64,000 bases of DNA from Coleofasciculus sp. B1-GNL1-01 (GTDB taxonomy: Bacteria > Cyanobacteriota > Cyanobacteriia > Cyanobacteriales > Coleofasciculaceae), in assembly GCA_040220235.1 (NCBI GenBank), contig JAVJTO010000101.1, one strand, 5' to 3'. Below, one piece after another: positions 11,051-22,331 of the stretch; position 1 is the stretch's first letter; every line of letters starts with the position of its first letter. The notes beneath the pieces were generated by a model. It was not told the origin of the DNA and searched no databases. It saw only the letters and a list, made by a program, of their open reading frames with translations. The position numbers and the translations under genes were made by a program.

Positions 11051-12127
11051 ATGAGTCGTCGGTCAAGTTCTTACGCGGTTTTCGTCGTACTGGCGGTTAT
11101 AACTGTACTGTCTGTTATCGTAACTAACGTGCCGCGATCGCTGTCTGTCTCCCCAAGTTCTGGCAATGCTACTCTCATCGCCGCTACGCCGACTCAACAA
11201 TGGCAAGATGCCAAATTATTGCGTAATATTAAGGGACATACAGATGCCGTAGGTGCGATCGCGATTAACCTAGATGGACAATTCTTCGCCACAGGTAGCG
11301 ATGATCAAACGATTAAACTCTGGAACCTAAACACAGGTCAGCCATTGCGGACACTTTCTGGACATTCGGATCAAGTTACGGCTCTCGCCATTAGTCCCGA
11401 TGGAGAAAAATTGGTGAGTGGGGGAGGTATTGAGGACGGTTCAATTAAACTCTGGAATCTGCAAACAGGTGAATTAATTAATACTCTCCAAAAGAAAGAA
11501 GGGATGATTCCATCTTTGGCAATTAGTCCAGACGGACAAATTCTAGCCAGTGGAAGGAGAGGAGAAGGATTAGGGTTTGTTTCGGAAATCGCCCTTTGGG
11601 ATTTAGAAACAGGCGAACAACTGCTTCAGTTTGAGATTGAAAATTTAACCCTGTCTCTTGCGTTTAGTCCCAATGGAGAACTCCTTGCCAGTGGTTCTGA
11701 GGACGGTACTATTCATCTATGGAATTGGCAGAGTGGAGAAATTCTGCATATCCTCCAGCATCCTCAGTCTTTAAGAGCATTGGCATTTAATCAGGATGGA
11801 AATGTCTTAGTGAGTGAGAGTTTTGCCGAAACAGTTAACCGATGGAATCCAAAAACTGGGGAATTACTGTCCACACCTATAGAAAACCCCAAACCTGTCT
11901 TTGTCAATGCCTTGGCGTTGCATCCGTCGGGTAATATCTTAGCCAGTGCGTTAGGTCCTTATGGCAGATTAGGGTTATGGAATTTGCAAACAGGTGAGTT
12001 GATGACGACGTTAGAAGGATTTTCCGGTTCGATTTTCTCCCTCGGCTTTAGTCATGATGGACAGATATTGGTAAGTGGGAGTAATGATGGCGCGATCGCT
12101 ATTTGGGGAACGGGGAACAGGGAATAG
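11051..12127 (+). CDS. WD40 repeat protein with N-terminal signal/TM
   Basis: About 7 WD40 repeats; ATG at 11051 chosen as the likely start. Confidence 0.85.
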   Translation: MSRRSSSYAVFVVLAVITVLSVIVTNVPRSLSVSPSSGNATLIAATPTQQWQDAKLLRNIKGHTDAVGAIAINLDGQFFATGSDDQTIKLWNLNTGQPLRTLSGHSDQVTALAISPDGEKLVSGGGIEDGSIKLWNLQTGELINTLQKKEGMIPSLAISPDGQILASGRRGEGLGFVSEIALWDLETGEQLLQFEIENLTLSLAFSPNGELLASGSEDGTIHLWNWQSGEILHILQHPQSLRALAFNQDGNVLVSESFAETVNRWNPKTGELLSTPIENPKPVFVNALALHPSGNILASALGPYGRLGLWNLQTGELMTTLEGFSGSIFSLGFSHDGQILVSGSNDGAIAIWGTGNRE

Positions 12128-12373
12128 GCAATAGGCAATAGGCAATAGGCAAGAGTGTTTTTAGGGAATGGGCAATGGGCAATAGGCAATAGGCAATAGG
12201 CAATAGGCAATAGGCAATAGGCAATAGTCGGGGCGGGTTTAGTTACATCTGGGTGAGGGAAGAAACGATAGTTGTAAAATCAGCCCCTACATTCGGAAAG
12301 GGCGGGTTTTGAACAAAGGTTAGTATCAATAGCGGAACGAAAGCCCATAAACCCGCCCCTACAAACCATACTT

Positions 12374-12476
12374 CCTCAACTTCCACCACTGCCTAAAATA
12401 ACTAAACTCAACAACGTCCCTGTATTCCAGAGACTGTGAACGAGCATGGGCGCTACAAGATTGCGCGATCGCGTGT
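12374..12476 (-). pseudogene. Orphan 3' end of the CPBP protease gene (left direct repeat of the island)
   Basis: Encodes TRSRNLVAPMLVHSLWNTGTLLSLVILGSGGS*; about 11 mismatches in 101 nt versus 25390-25492. Confidence 0.9.
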
Positions 12477-12578
12477 TATTGTAGGGAGAGTGCCAATGGA
12501 TTTTGGGATAGTCTATTCAGGCTGTTGTGATAGAGTAATGAGTAAATCGGATGATTCTCGCGATCGCACAATTCCCTC

Positions 12579-14705
12579 GTGTCTAATTCCTTCTGGCAAG
12601 CCAAAATCCAAGGATTACTCTATGATTTTGACCGGGATAGGTTGAGAAACGCCACCGGGGAAAATGCTCAAGTCTTTTTAAATGCCCTAAAATCGGTCAA
12701 TCCTGCCCCGACTGTATCCCAAGCCTATCAAATTGCTGAAGCTAGCGATCGCGCCCTGCTGAATGGGTTGCAGTTGCCCCTGACTCTGCCGACGCTGAAG
12801 GTGGCACATCTGCTATCGGGGGCAGAACTCCCTCTATCGGTGAATGTAACTGATTACTATCGGTTAACCTCCCCGTCACCCGCAGACAGCCCCCCCAACT
12901 CCCCAGAATCCATCGATTCCCGCCAACTCTTTTGGTGGCTATGGCGCTGCTTACCCGAAGCCGTGAGTCAGCGACTGGGAGAGGATGCCTTACTCATGCC
13001 AGCAGTACCCCTATTACCCGATGCCTCGGTGTGGAGTCAAGCCAGCCTCACCGCCGCTTTAGCTGGGGCATTAACTGACCCGAACTCCTCCCCTCCCCAT
13101 CTGGCTACCTTTAGCTTTTCTCCGGTGCAAGAGTTAATTAAAGCCAGTCGCAAAATGCGGGATTTCTGGGCAGGGTCTTGGGTGTTGCATTATCTGTCGG
13201 CTAAACTTTGCTGGCGGCTGGCACAATGCTATGGACCCGATAGCCTGATTTATCCGAGTCTGTTTCAGCAACCCTTAATTGACCATTGGTTGGGGCAGAC
13301 GTGGGCGGAGTTTCGACCGTGGATACCGCAACCGTCAGCATCTGTCTTACTCACCGCCGGATTCCCTAATGTGATTGTTGCCCTTCTTCCCGCTAAAGAC
13401 GTGAAGTCTGCCATGCAAACCGCCCGTCAAACCCTGCTGGCGGAATGGTCTAGGATTGGGCAGTTGGTGTTTGCTGAGTTAAGGCGACGCCACTGGATGC
13501 CGGATTTAGGGGAAAATAGTGCTACTTGGTCGGGGTGGTTGGCGTCTCAGTGGCAAACCTATTGGACGGCGTTACCGATTGGCGTGAATCCCTTGACAAA
13601 TCAGGCAATTGCTGCATCAGACGCCGCCCAACTGCAAGCCTGGTTAGACCCGATGAATCGTCTGTGCCAGCTTCAGGATACTCCAGACCAACGCCGCGCC
13701 CTGTTTTTACCGGAGGAATTGGAGTTTATGCGGGCGGTGTATGAAAAAGACCCCTCGATGGGGGTGAATGTGGGGTCATGGTGGTCTTATTTGTTTGACC
13801 AACTGCGATATGCGGCGGGTACAGTGAAAAATAGTCGGGTTTGGCAAGTGCCAACGGCTTTTTTACCTCGGTCTACGGTGTCGGGTATCGGTTCAGTGGT
13901 GTATCCTAATCCAGACCAACGCTATACCACAGAAGGGGATACGGGGAAATACTGGGAACGACAGGTGGGATTGTTTGATGGGATTGAAGAACTCAACGCT
14001 ACGGAGACGCTGAAGCGGGGGTTGCATCAGGTTTTACCGCAATTGTTAGGGGGACGCGGAGAGGGGGAGATGGGGGGACGCGGAGAGGGGAGGAGGTTTG
14101 AACGACAATTGTATCCAGATTTGAGTTCTGGTGTGGCGGGTTGGTTGCGGACTCATCCGCAGGCGATAGAGTATTTTCGTTGGGTAACGGCTGAAATTAG
14201 TCAAGCTTTTGCCTGGACGACGCAATCACCGGGGACAGGGGATTTTCCCCCGGCGACGCAACCTTGGGGGATTCCTTGGATTGAACAAAATTATCCCGAT
14301 TTACTTAATTCTCGCTTGCTGAATGCGGGATGGTTGATTGATGAGTTTACCCCCACCAATCCTAATCCCAGCCAACCTTTTACCCGTGAAGCACAAAAGC
14401 AGGTGAGACAGGCAGAATGTCAGCGGGTTGGGTTGAAGATTGCTGAGTATTTTACACCGGGGAATAATCCCAGTGATTGGTATGTCCTGGCGGCTGGGGA
14501 TGGGGATGGGATGAGTCGCTGGTTGAATGGGGAACGATTGAAGGCGTATCGGCAAGGGTTTGAGGCGGATTTAGCTGGGTATTTGCGGGCATTAAGTCAC
14601 ACCACACCCCTCCCCCAGCAGGATGACACTATCCAAGGTTGGTTGAAATTAACGGCGTTTATTTTGCGTCATCGGCAGATTGGTATGGGTGAGGGGATGG
14701 GGTGA
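12579..14705 (+). CDS. cas10: Type III-B Cas10/Cmr2, internally deleted (no GGDD motif)
   Basis: FSPVQELIKASRKMRDFWAGSW, AGFPN and DGDGM motifs; Cmr2-like C-terminus WLKLTAF; GGDD absent. Confidence 0.9.
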   Translation: MSNSFWQAKIQGLLYDFDRDRLRNATGENAQVFLNALKSVNPAPTVSQAYQIAEASDRALLNGLQLPLTLPTLKVAHLLSGAELPLSVNVTDYYRLTSPSPADSPPNSPESIDSRQLFWWLWRCLPEAVSQRLGEDALLMPAVPLLPDASVWSQASLTAALAGALTDPNSSPPHLATFSFSPVQELIKASRKMRDFWAGSWVLHYLSAKLCWRLAQCYGPDSLIYPSLFQQPLIDHWLGQTWAEFRPWIPQPSASVLLTAGFPNVIVALLPAKDVKSAMQTARQTLLAEWSRIGQLVFAELRRRHWMPDLGENSATWSGWLASQWQTYWTALPIGVNPLTNQAIAASDAAQLQAWLDPMNRLCQLQDTPDQRRALFLPEELEFMRAVYEKDPSMGVNVGSWWSYLFDQLRYAAGTVKNSRVWQVPTAFLPRSTVSGIGSVVYPNPDQRYTTEGDTGKYWERQVGLFDGIEELNATETLKRGLHQVLPQLLGGRGEGEMGGRGEGRRFERQLYPDLSSGVAGWLRTHPQAIEYFRWVTAEISQAFAWTTQSPGTGDFPPATQPWGIPWIEQNYPDLLNSRLLNAGWLIDEFTPTNPNPSQPFTREAQKQVRQAECQRVGLKIAEYFTPGNNPSDWYVLAAGDGDGMSRWLNGERLKAYRQGFEADLAGYLRALSHTTPLPQQDDTIQGWLKLTAFILRHRQIGMGEGMG

Positions 14706-14880
14706 GGGGGTGACACGGGGACGCGGGGACACGGGGACGCGGAGACGCGGGGACGCGGGGACGCGGAGACGCGGGGACAGGGAGACAGGGAGACAGGGAG
14801 ACAGGGAGACGCGGGGACAGGGAGACGCGGGGACAGGGAGACACGGGGACAGGGAGACGCGGAGAGGGGGTGATGGGGGG
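14701..14880. repeat. G-rich tandem array (GGAGACGCG/GGGACA variants); similar arrays at 16275-16412 and 23714-23850, complementary arrays at 17737-17768 and 25328-25391
   Basis: Degenerate tandem units read directly. Confidence 0.85.
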
Positions 14881-15187
14881 CTGACTTTTCACGGGAAGTC
14901 TAGAAACCTGAGTCGGGGCGGGTTTAGTTACATCGGGTTACAACCGAAAAGATAGTGGTGAAACCCGCCCCTACACAATAATGTCAATAATGACGAAATC
15001 CTGGTAGTGCGTTAAGCGAAGCCATGCCGCAGGCTTTGCATCTTGCTCGCTATTAAGTGGGTGGACACAATTAAAGTTAATGGTTGAGATTAAGAAACAG
15101 GGAACAGGGAACAGGGAACAGGGAATGGGCAATAGTAAAGAATAACAAATGACCAATGACCAATGACCAATGACAAATGACCAATGA

Positions 15188-16279
<1,092 letters not shown>

Positions 16280-16510
16280 CGCGGAGAGGGGGTGACGCGG
16301 AGATGGGGTGACGCGGAGAGGGGGTGACGCGGAGATGGGGTGACGCGGGGACGCGGGGACGCGGAGAGGGGGTGACGCGGAGAGGGGGTGACGCGGGGAC
16401 GCGGAGAGGGGGAATGGGGAATAGTACAGAATGTCCTAACTTACCAAGGTAGCTGCTATACAAAGGACAAATGACCAATGACGAATGACCAATGACAAAT
16501 GACCAATGAC

Positions 16511-16690
16511 CACCGACGCTCAGGTAAAATGGCTGAAAGGCTGATTCTTTCGTTGTGAGCGTCGGTCGCTTTCCCTGTAAGGGTTTCAACGATTTTTTCG
16601 GTCGGGTTTGTCGGATTTTTTCGGTCAATATTGGTGAGCGTCGGAAAGTGCCTCTAGACCTCAAGCAGGGCAAGGGTTTAAGATGAAGGG
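16511..16690 (+). promoter_or_regulatory. CRISPR leader, copy 1
   Basis: Near-identical to the sequence before the 19189 array; abuts the first repeat. Confidence 0.85.
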
Positions 16691-16797
16691 GTCCCCACTC
16701 GCTGGGGAAACTATTGGAATGGAAACCTTTAGAACAAATTTAAAAATACTTAGTGTCTTTTGTCCCCACTCGCTGGGGAAACTATTGGAATGGAAAC
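16691..16797 (+). CRISPR. Mini-array 1: 2 repeats (GTCCCCACTCGCTGGGGAAACTATTGGAATGGAAAC, 36 nt) and 1 spacer (35 nt, 16727-16761)
   Basis: Identical repeats at 16691-16726 and 16762-16797; CCCCA/TGGGG hairpin; GAAAC end. Confidence 0.92.
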
Positions 16798-16852
16798 CCC
16801 CCACCAACACTCAGGCTAGTGGGGGATTTTTGTGGACTTCCAGAAAATAAAC

Positions 16853-16971
16853 ATATCGTGTCCGGTTGTCTTTAAATTGTTTGTAGTAGGCACTTTAGTG
16901 CATTAAAATGGCTTATTAAAGTGCTGACTACGAACAGGCTCATACAAGCCTGATAAAACCGGACATGATAT
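16853..16971. mobile_element. MITE (TATCGTGTCCGGTT...AACCGGACATGATA) inserted in the trailer of array 1
   Basis: TIRs; trailer homology with arrays 2 and 3 resumes after 16971. Confidence 0.75.
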
Positions 16972-17057
16972 AATTTCAGATAATGGTAAATCCAAAAAAG
17001 AGAGCTAATTCAATACATAAAAATACTGAATCGAGGTTTGATCGAGTTCCCTATTTC

Positions 17058-17243
17058 GGGCTTGCTGAATTAATCTGTCAGCTATACTATACAAGGGTTT
17101 TAATGTATTTTTTCACCCAACAAGTGCAAGGTTTTGGCACATAAATACTCAAAATCGAAGCATCTGTAACAGGAAAAATGTATCCCATGTCTCCCCGCGT
17201 CTGGAGCGTCCTTTGCCTCACCACAACACTTATTCAGCAGCCC
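17058..17243. mobile_element. MITE of the GGGCTTGCTGAAT family
   Basis: TIRs GGGCTTGCTGAAT / TTATTCAGCAGCCC. Confidence 0.7.
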
Positions 17244-17331
17244 TATTTAGGATTGCTATATGATGTTTAAATGCACAAAAGCGTATACCAAGACAATAAT
17301 ACCAAGACAATAAAAAGACAGGAGTAGGTAA

Positions 17332-17733
17332 ATGGTAAATATACGTTCATTCAAGGAGTTAAGAGTATGGAATAATGCTATAGATGTAGCCATGAATATT
17401 TTTGAGATTACTAAATCTTTTCCAGTAGAAGAACGCTTTTCTTTAACTGATCAGATACGTCGTTCATCAAGGTCTGTTGCTGCCAATATCACAGAAGCAT
17501 GGAGAAAACGGAGGTATCCAGCCGCCTTTGTCAGTAAGCTTAGTGACGCCGAAAGTGAAGCGGCAGAAACTCAAACTTGGATTGAGATTGCTTTGAGATG
17601 CGGCTATTTAACAAAAGAAGAAGCTTCATACCTAGATTCTCGATGTGAAGAAGTATTGGGACAAATCGTGGCAATGATAAACCATCCAGAGAAATGGACA
17701 ATCCGGTCTAATTCTTCTGCCTTAAGGTCTTAA
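17332..17733 (+). CDS. Four-helix-bundle protein (23S rRNA IVS / bAvd-like family)
   Basis: F.EL.VW, FP.EERFSLTDQIRRSSRSVAANITE, SEAAETQTW motifs; GGAG RBS. Confidence 0.9.
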   Translation: MVNIRSFKELRVWNNAIDVAMNIFEITKSFPVEERFSLTDQIRRSSRSVAANITEAWRKRRYPAAFVSKLSDAESEAAETQTWIEIALRCGYLTKEEASYLDSRCEEVLGQIVAMINHPEKWTIRSNSSALRS

Positions 17734-17784
17734 ATCTCCCTCTCCGCGTCTCCCTATCCCCGCGTCCCACAAACCCCTAACTCA

Positions 17785-18720
17785 ATGAATCAAATTCACT
17801 ACTTGTATTTATACCTCCTTTCTCCTTTACATACGGGAGGCACCACCCAAGAGGGAAACTTGGTGGGAATTGCCCGTGAATCTCATACCAATTTACCCTA
17901 TATTCCCTCCTCCACAATTCGTGGGCGGCTGCGGGCGAGTGTCAATGATGAGGCGCTACGGGTGCAGTTATTTGGTCCGGAATTAACGGATATTAAAAGT
18001 CCCACGGCTAGTGATACGAGTCCGAATCCGAGTCCGGAATCGTCTCAATTAGAACAGGGAGATATTTGGTTGGGCGATGGTTCAGTATTATGGTTACCGG
18101 TGTCTTCGTTGAGTCATGGCGTGGTGTGGATTAGTTCCCCGATGTTATTACGTCGCTGGGCAAGGTTTGTGGCAGATTTACTGACTATTCCAGCCCCCTA
18201 CAGCACGAATTTGGTATCGGAAACCACGGAGAATCCCCGACCGATTTATTTGAAGGATGCGATCATTAAGGATAGTTTGCAGCCCTGGTCGAATTGGCAA
18301 AGGTTTGTTCCCCAAGCTGAAAATCAGAGTGAAATTCAGCGGGTGTTACTGTTACCAGACCAGCATTGCAGTACGTTAATTCAAATGAGTTTATGGCGGC
18401 AAGTCAAGATTAAGTTAGATGCCCATAAATCCGTTGAGGGAGGGTTTCGCTATGAAGAGGCGATTCCACCGGATACGTTAATGTATGTACCGTGGGGGGT
18501 AACGTCTCAAGTGAATAGTAAGGCGACAACGAAACGGGGACAAGAGTTGGCGAATCGCCGACAAGGTTTAGCTGAGGGGTATGGGATGTCGTCTACGGAG
18601 AATGGGGTGGATTTAGCTAGGGGTTTGTTTGAATGGTTGCTTGATGAGGAGGAACGGAACATTCTGCAATTTGGGGGACAGGAAAGTTTGGGACGGGGGT
18701 TTGTGCAGTCGTTTCGTTAG
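17785..18720 (+). CDS. cmr4: Cmr4 (Cas7-group RAMP)
   Basis: LSPLHTGG, IARESHTNLPYIPSSTIRG, YEEAIPPDT, QFGGQESLGRG. Confidence 0.9.
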   Translation: MNQIHYLYLYLLSPLHTGGTTQEGNLVGIARESHTNLPYIPSSTIRGRLRASVNDEALRVQLFGPELTDIKSPTASDTSPNPSPESSQLEQGDIWLGDGSVLWLPVSSLSHGVVWISSPMLLRRWARFVADLLTIPAPYSTNLVSETTENPRPIYLKDAIIKDSLQPWSNWQRFVPQAENQSEIQRVLLLPDQHCSTLIQMSLWRQVKIKLDAHKSVEGGFRYEEAIPPDTLMYVPWGVTSQVNSKATTKRGQELANRRQGLAEGYGMSSTENGVDLARGLFEWLLDEEERNILQFGGQESLGRGFVQSFR

Positions 18721-19009
18721 GGAATAGGGAATAGGGAATAGGGAATAGGGAATAGGGAATGGGGAATGGGGAATAGGGAATGGGGAATAGGGAATGGGGA
18801 ATAGTAAGGAATGTCTTACAGCAGGTTGCGTTAGTCTATTTACAAATCAATTGGCTGAAAAACTGCTAAAAGCCCTATATAATCAGTGTTTCTCTCCCCT
18901 ATTGCCTATTGCCTATTGCCTATTGCCCAGCGCGAAGCGCTATAACTTACCAAGGTAGCTGCTATATAAAGGACAAATGACCAATGACAAATGACAAATG
19001 ACCAATGAC

Positions 19010-19369
<360 letters not shown>

Positions 19370-19505
19370 CCCCCACCAGCACTCAAGCTAATGGGGGGTT
19401 TTTGCGACTTCCAGAAAATAAATGATTTCAGACAATGACAAATCAAGAAAAAAGAAGGTAATTTAATACAATAGATAAATTGAATATAAGTTGTTGAGAA
19501 TTCCT

Positions 19506-19605
19506 TAAGCTATCATGCATTTAAATTGGGTATTAGTAGCGAGCAAGATTCTCGCACAAGGACTTCGTCATTGTTGACATTCAACTTTAAATGCCGAACA
19601 GCTTA
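19506..19605. mobile_element. MITE (TAAGCTGTTCGGCATTTAAA-type ends); family also at 45202-45329, lone end near 63506
   Basis: Imperfect TIRs bounded by TA; shared interior. Confidence 0.75.
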
Positions 19606-19637
19606 TTCTCTGTCCCCCTATTTCCTCTTACGAAACC

Positions 19638-20033
19638 ATGTCCTTTACCACATTTGACCCACGCACCCTAGCGACTCCCGTTTACGAGGCGTTGACTCAA
19701 TTGAAATTGCAACCCAATCAGAACGAGATTCGCCTCAAAGAACAGAAGAATCAAGCCGTTGAACTCTATACCTACCTCTCAACCTGGGGTATGATGCGTC
19801 TCAAGGCAGAGGAAAACGCCCTGAATCAGGAGGGAAAAAAACAAGTTGTTAAACTATTCTTCGAGTGTTTACAGATACTGTCTTTCCAGGAAAACCTTGC
19901 CGGAGAACAGGGATTGACTGTGTTAAAAAACCTAACAACTGACGAATACTTAGGCTTAACTGGGTTAGGATTAGCCGTAGCACAAGAGTTTAGTTTCTGG
20001 GCAAGTGCGGTTTATCACGATATTTCCGGGTAA
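19638..20033 (+). CDS. cmr5: Cmr5-like small subunit
   Basis: 131 aa helical protein between cmr4 and cmr6; TYLSTWG..RL motif. Confidence 0.7.
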   Translation: MSFTTFDPRTLATPVYEALTQLKLQPNQNEIRLKEQKNQAVELYTYLSTWGMMRLKAEENALNQEGKKQVVKLFFECLQILSFQENLAGEQGLTVLKNLTTDEYLGLTGLGLAVAQEFSFWASAVYHDISG

Positions 20034-20072
20034 TCGTGAGAGTCACCTACTCAACCAGCAACTTAAAAGCTT

Positions 20073-22025
20073 ATGATACCCAATCGACCCAAAAAACCCC
20101 AACCACCCAAACCGCGTCCACAGAAACCGAAGAAAAAGATTACAGGGGGTCGTCATCAACCGCCCCTAGGCACAGAAAAAACCGGGACAGAAAACCCACC
20201 GCCTTCTCCGTGGTTAAACCCCGATTGTAAACCCAATCCCGCAACGGATGCCAGTTTTATTGAATATTTGCGCTGGATGCGGGAACCCGATAGGGAGTAT
20301 AAAGACCCGACAAAAGTTCAGATTCTGCAAATGGCACAGGAGGGAGCAAAGCATTATTCAGCACGTTTAACTCAACTGAACAAACGCACCGAATTAATTG
20401 CCAGTCAGACCTTTTTGGTTCAATGTCCCTGGCGAATTCGAGTCGGCGGACACCGGGGACCAGAGAGTATTTTATTACCTGCCTTTGATGCCTTGGGTAT
20501 GCCTTATATTCCCTCCTCTACCCTGCGGGGGGTGACGCGGAATCAGGCGATTCGTCAAGTGATGGCAGAGACAGGACTGGATTGGAAACAGGTAGAAAAC
20601 CATGAAACCATTGCCTGTTATTTTGGTTCCCTAACCCCAGAAAACCAGGCTCACCATGCCGGAAAGATTGTGTTTCTCGATGCCTATCCCTTACCCAATC
20701 AATCGGAATTGGTTGCAATGGATATGGCAAATAATATTTGGACATGGGATAATCATTCTCCCACGTATAGTCCCAATCCCAACCCCTTTTTATCCCTCAA
20801 AGCACCCACATTTTTAATCGGGTTACGCCTAGCAAGTGGCTGTCATGACTCTCAACTCTTGGTTCAGGTACAAGAGTGGTTAATTGCCGGATTTGGATTA
20901 GGAATTGGTTCTCAGGTCAATACTGGATACGGCAAATTAATTCACCCTGAAACAGCTACGCCTAACCATGAGTTTTTCCGGGTCAAGTTTACCTTAGAAG
21001 GGCAACTAATTCACGGACGGCAAAACTTTATCCCCTGGAAATTCCATCCTCGTCGTCAGCAGTGGCAAATGCAGGGACGCGCCGATGCTGAGGTGCGTCC
21101 GGTGGCGTTTAAGTCGATGCTGCGCTACTGGTTTCGCACGTTGGTGTTGGGGGTATCGACACCGTCTCAGGTGCAAGACTGGGAAGCAAAACTCTTTGGT
21201 GCAATTAACCCTAAGCCACAACAGGGATGGTTGAAAGTTGGTCTACTCAAGGGTCAGGTAACTCAGAGAGAACCCCATCGGAATCATAATCATGGCTGCG
21301 GCGAACAAGAGGGTATTTTCACGCTGGAATTTTCTCAGGAAGCACCAACCGTTCAGCGACAAGCCTTTGCGGAAACAGGTGAGAGTGATCTGACGAATTT
21401 AGGTCAATCTCTAACCTGGCTAACCTTTCACTTGGGAAGTCTGGGTCAAGGCGCTAGGCGTCCTTGTTATTCTCGCACCAATCCACCGTTATATCGGGGT
21501 TCAACGTTCATCCCAGAGAGGAGGGATGAGTTTTGGTTGCTTCCGGATACAATTGAGGAGTTCCAGCGATTATTTCAGGAACGGTTACAGAGGTTTTACT
21601 CAGCACTCTGCCAATTATTTGAGGCTGAAACGATTAATCCGCAATCGCTAATTTCTGCGGGTTACGTGAGTAATCACCAATGGGTTGAAGCGGTTGATGC
21701 GAACGGCAAAATTGTTGTGGTTCGTGGGAACAAAATGAGTAAAAAACCGTATGCGTTAGAAATCTTGCTCGAGTTCTTCCATGAGTTGGAAACTCAGAAA
21801 CGTTACCGAGATGCTAAGAGTTTATGTGGTGGTGTTAAAACGGATAAGTACAAAATTGGTGGGCAAGAATTTACGCGGAAAGCGACGCCTTCACCGATAT
21901 GGATTGTTGATTTAGGGGATTATCAAGTGGTAACGATATTTGGCGCGACTCGCAATCCGCGTCAAGAGTATTTGAGACGGTTGCAGCGTGAATGTCAACA
22001 GTTGCTTTGTTTAGTTAATCGGTAA
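20073..22025 (+). CDS. cmr6: Cmr6-Cmr1 fusion RAMP (typical of cyanobacterial III-Bv)
   Basis: PYIPSSTLRG, FLDAYP, GIGSQVNTGYG (Cmr6), then EVRPVAFKSMLRYWFR, LFG, GSLGQGARR (Cmr1). Confidence 0.85.
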   Translation: MIPNRPKKPQPPKPRPQKPKKKITGGRHQPPLGTEKTGTENPPPSPWLNPDCKPNPATDASFIEYLRWMREPDREYKDPTKVQILQMAQEGAKHYSARLTQLNKRTELIASQTFLVQCPWRIRVGGHRGPESILLPAFDALGMPYIPSSTLRGVTRNQAIRQVMAETGLDWKQVENHETIACYFGSLTPENQAHHAGKIVFLDAYPLPNQSELVAMDMANNIWTWDNHSPTYSPNPNPFLSLKAPTFLIGLRLASGCHDSQLLVQVQEWLIAGFGLGIGSQVNTGYGKLIHPETATPNHEFFRVKFTLEGQLIHGRQNFIPWKFHPRRQQWQMQGRADAEVRPVAFKSMLRYWFRTLVLGVSTPSQVQDWEAKLFGAINPKPQQGWLKVGLLKGQVTQREPHRNHNHGCGEQEGIFTLEFSQEAPTVQRQAFAETGESDLTNLGQSLTWLTFHLGSLGQGARRPCYSRTNPPLYRGSTFIPERRDEFWLLPDTIEEFQRLFQERLQRFYSALCQLFEAETINPQSLISAGYVSNHQWVEAVDANGKIVVVRGNKMSKKPYALEILLEFFHELETQKRYRDAKSLCGGVKTDKYKIGGQEFTRKATPSPIWIVDLGDYQVVTIFGATRNPRQEYLRRLQRECQQLLCLVNR

Positions 22026-22295
22026 TAAGCAGTGGTCTGTCAACCCTAAATTGATGGGTTGCGACTGACGCGGAGATGGGGAGATGGAGAGACGCGGAGT
22101 CTGGGCTTGAATTACCGCAGTTTTCAAGTTAGTAGACTACAGACGATGATTGCGCTGAAAAGCAAGCCGATACAATTTTGTATTCCATAAACGTGAAAAG
22201 CGCCGTAAATTCCTTTTGGGAATTTGCCATCATCTGAAATCATTTATTTTCTGGAAGTTGCAAAAACCCCCCATTAGCCTGAGTGCTGATGGGAG

Positions 22296-22331
22296 GTTTC
22301 CATTCCAATAGTTTCCCCAGCGAGTGGGGAC
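22296..22331 (-). CRISPR. Solitary repeat with no spacer, inverted; leader at about 22332-22447, trailer at about 22220-22295
   Basis: Exact reverse complement of the 36-nt repeat, flanked by leader and trailer homologs. Confidence 0.88.

Noticed and set aside
12374..12476. Duplicated CPBP tail as a DGR template/variable repeat
   Set aside because: Mismatches are not confined to adenines and are mostly synonymous or conservative
17332..17733. Diversity-generating retroelement suggested by the Avd-like gene
   Set aside because: No reverse transcriptase and no TR/VR pair with adenine-specific mismatches seen in the window
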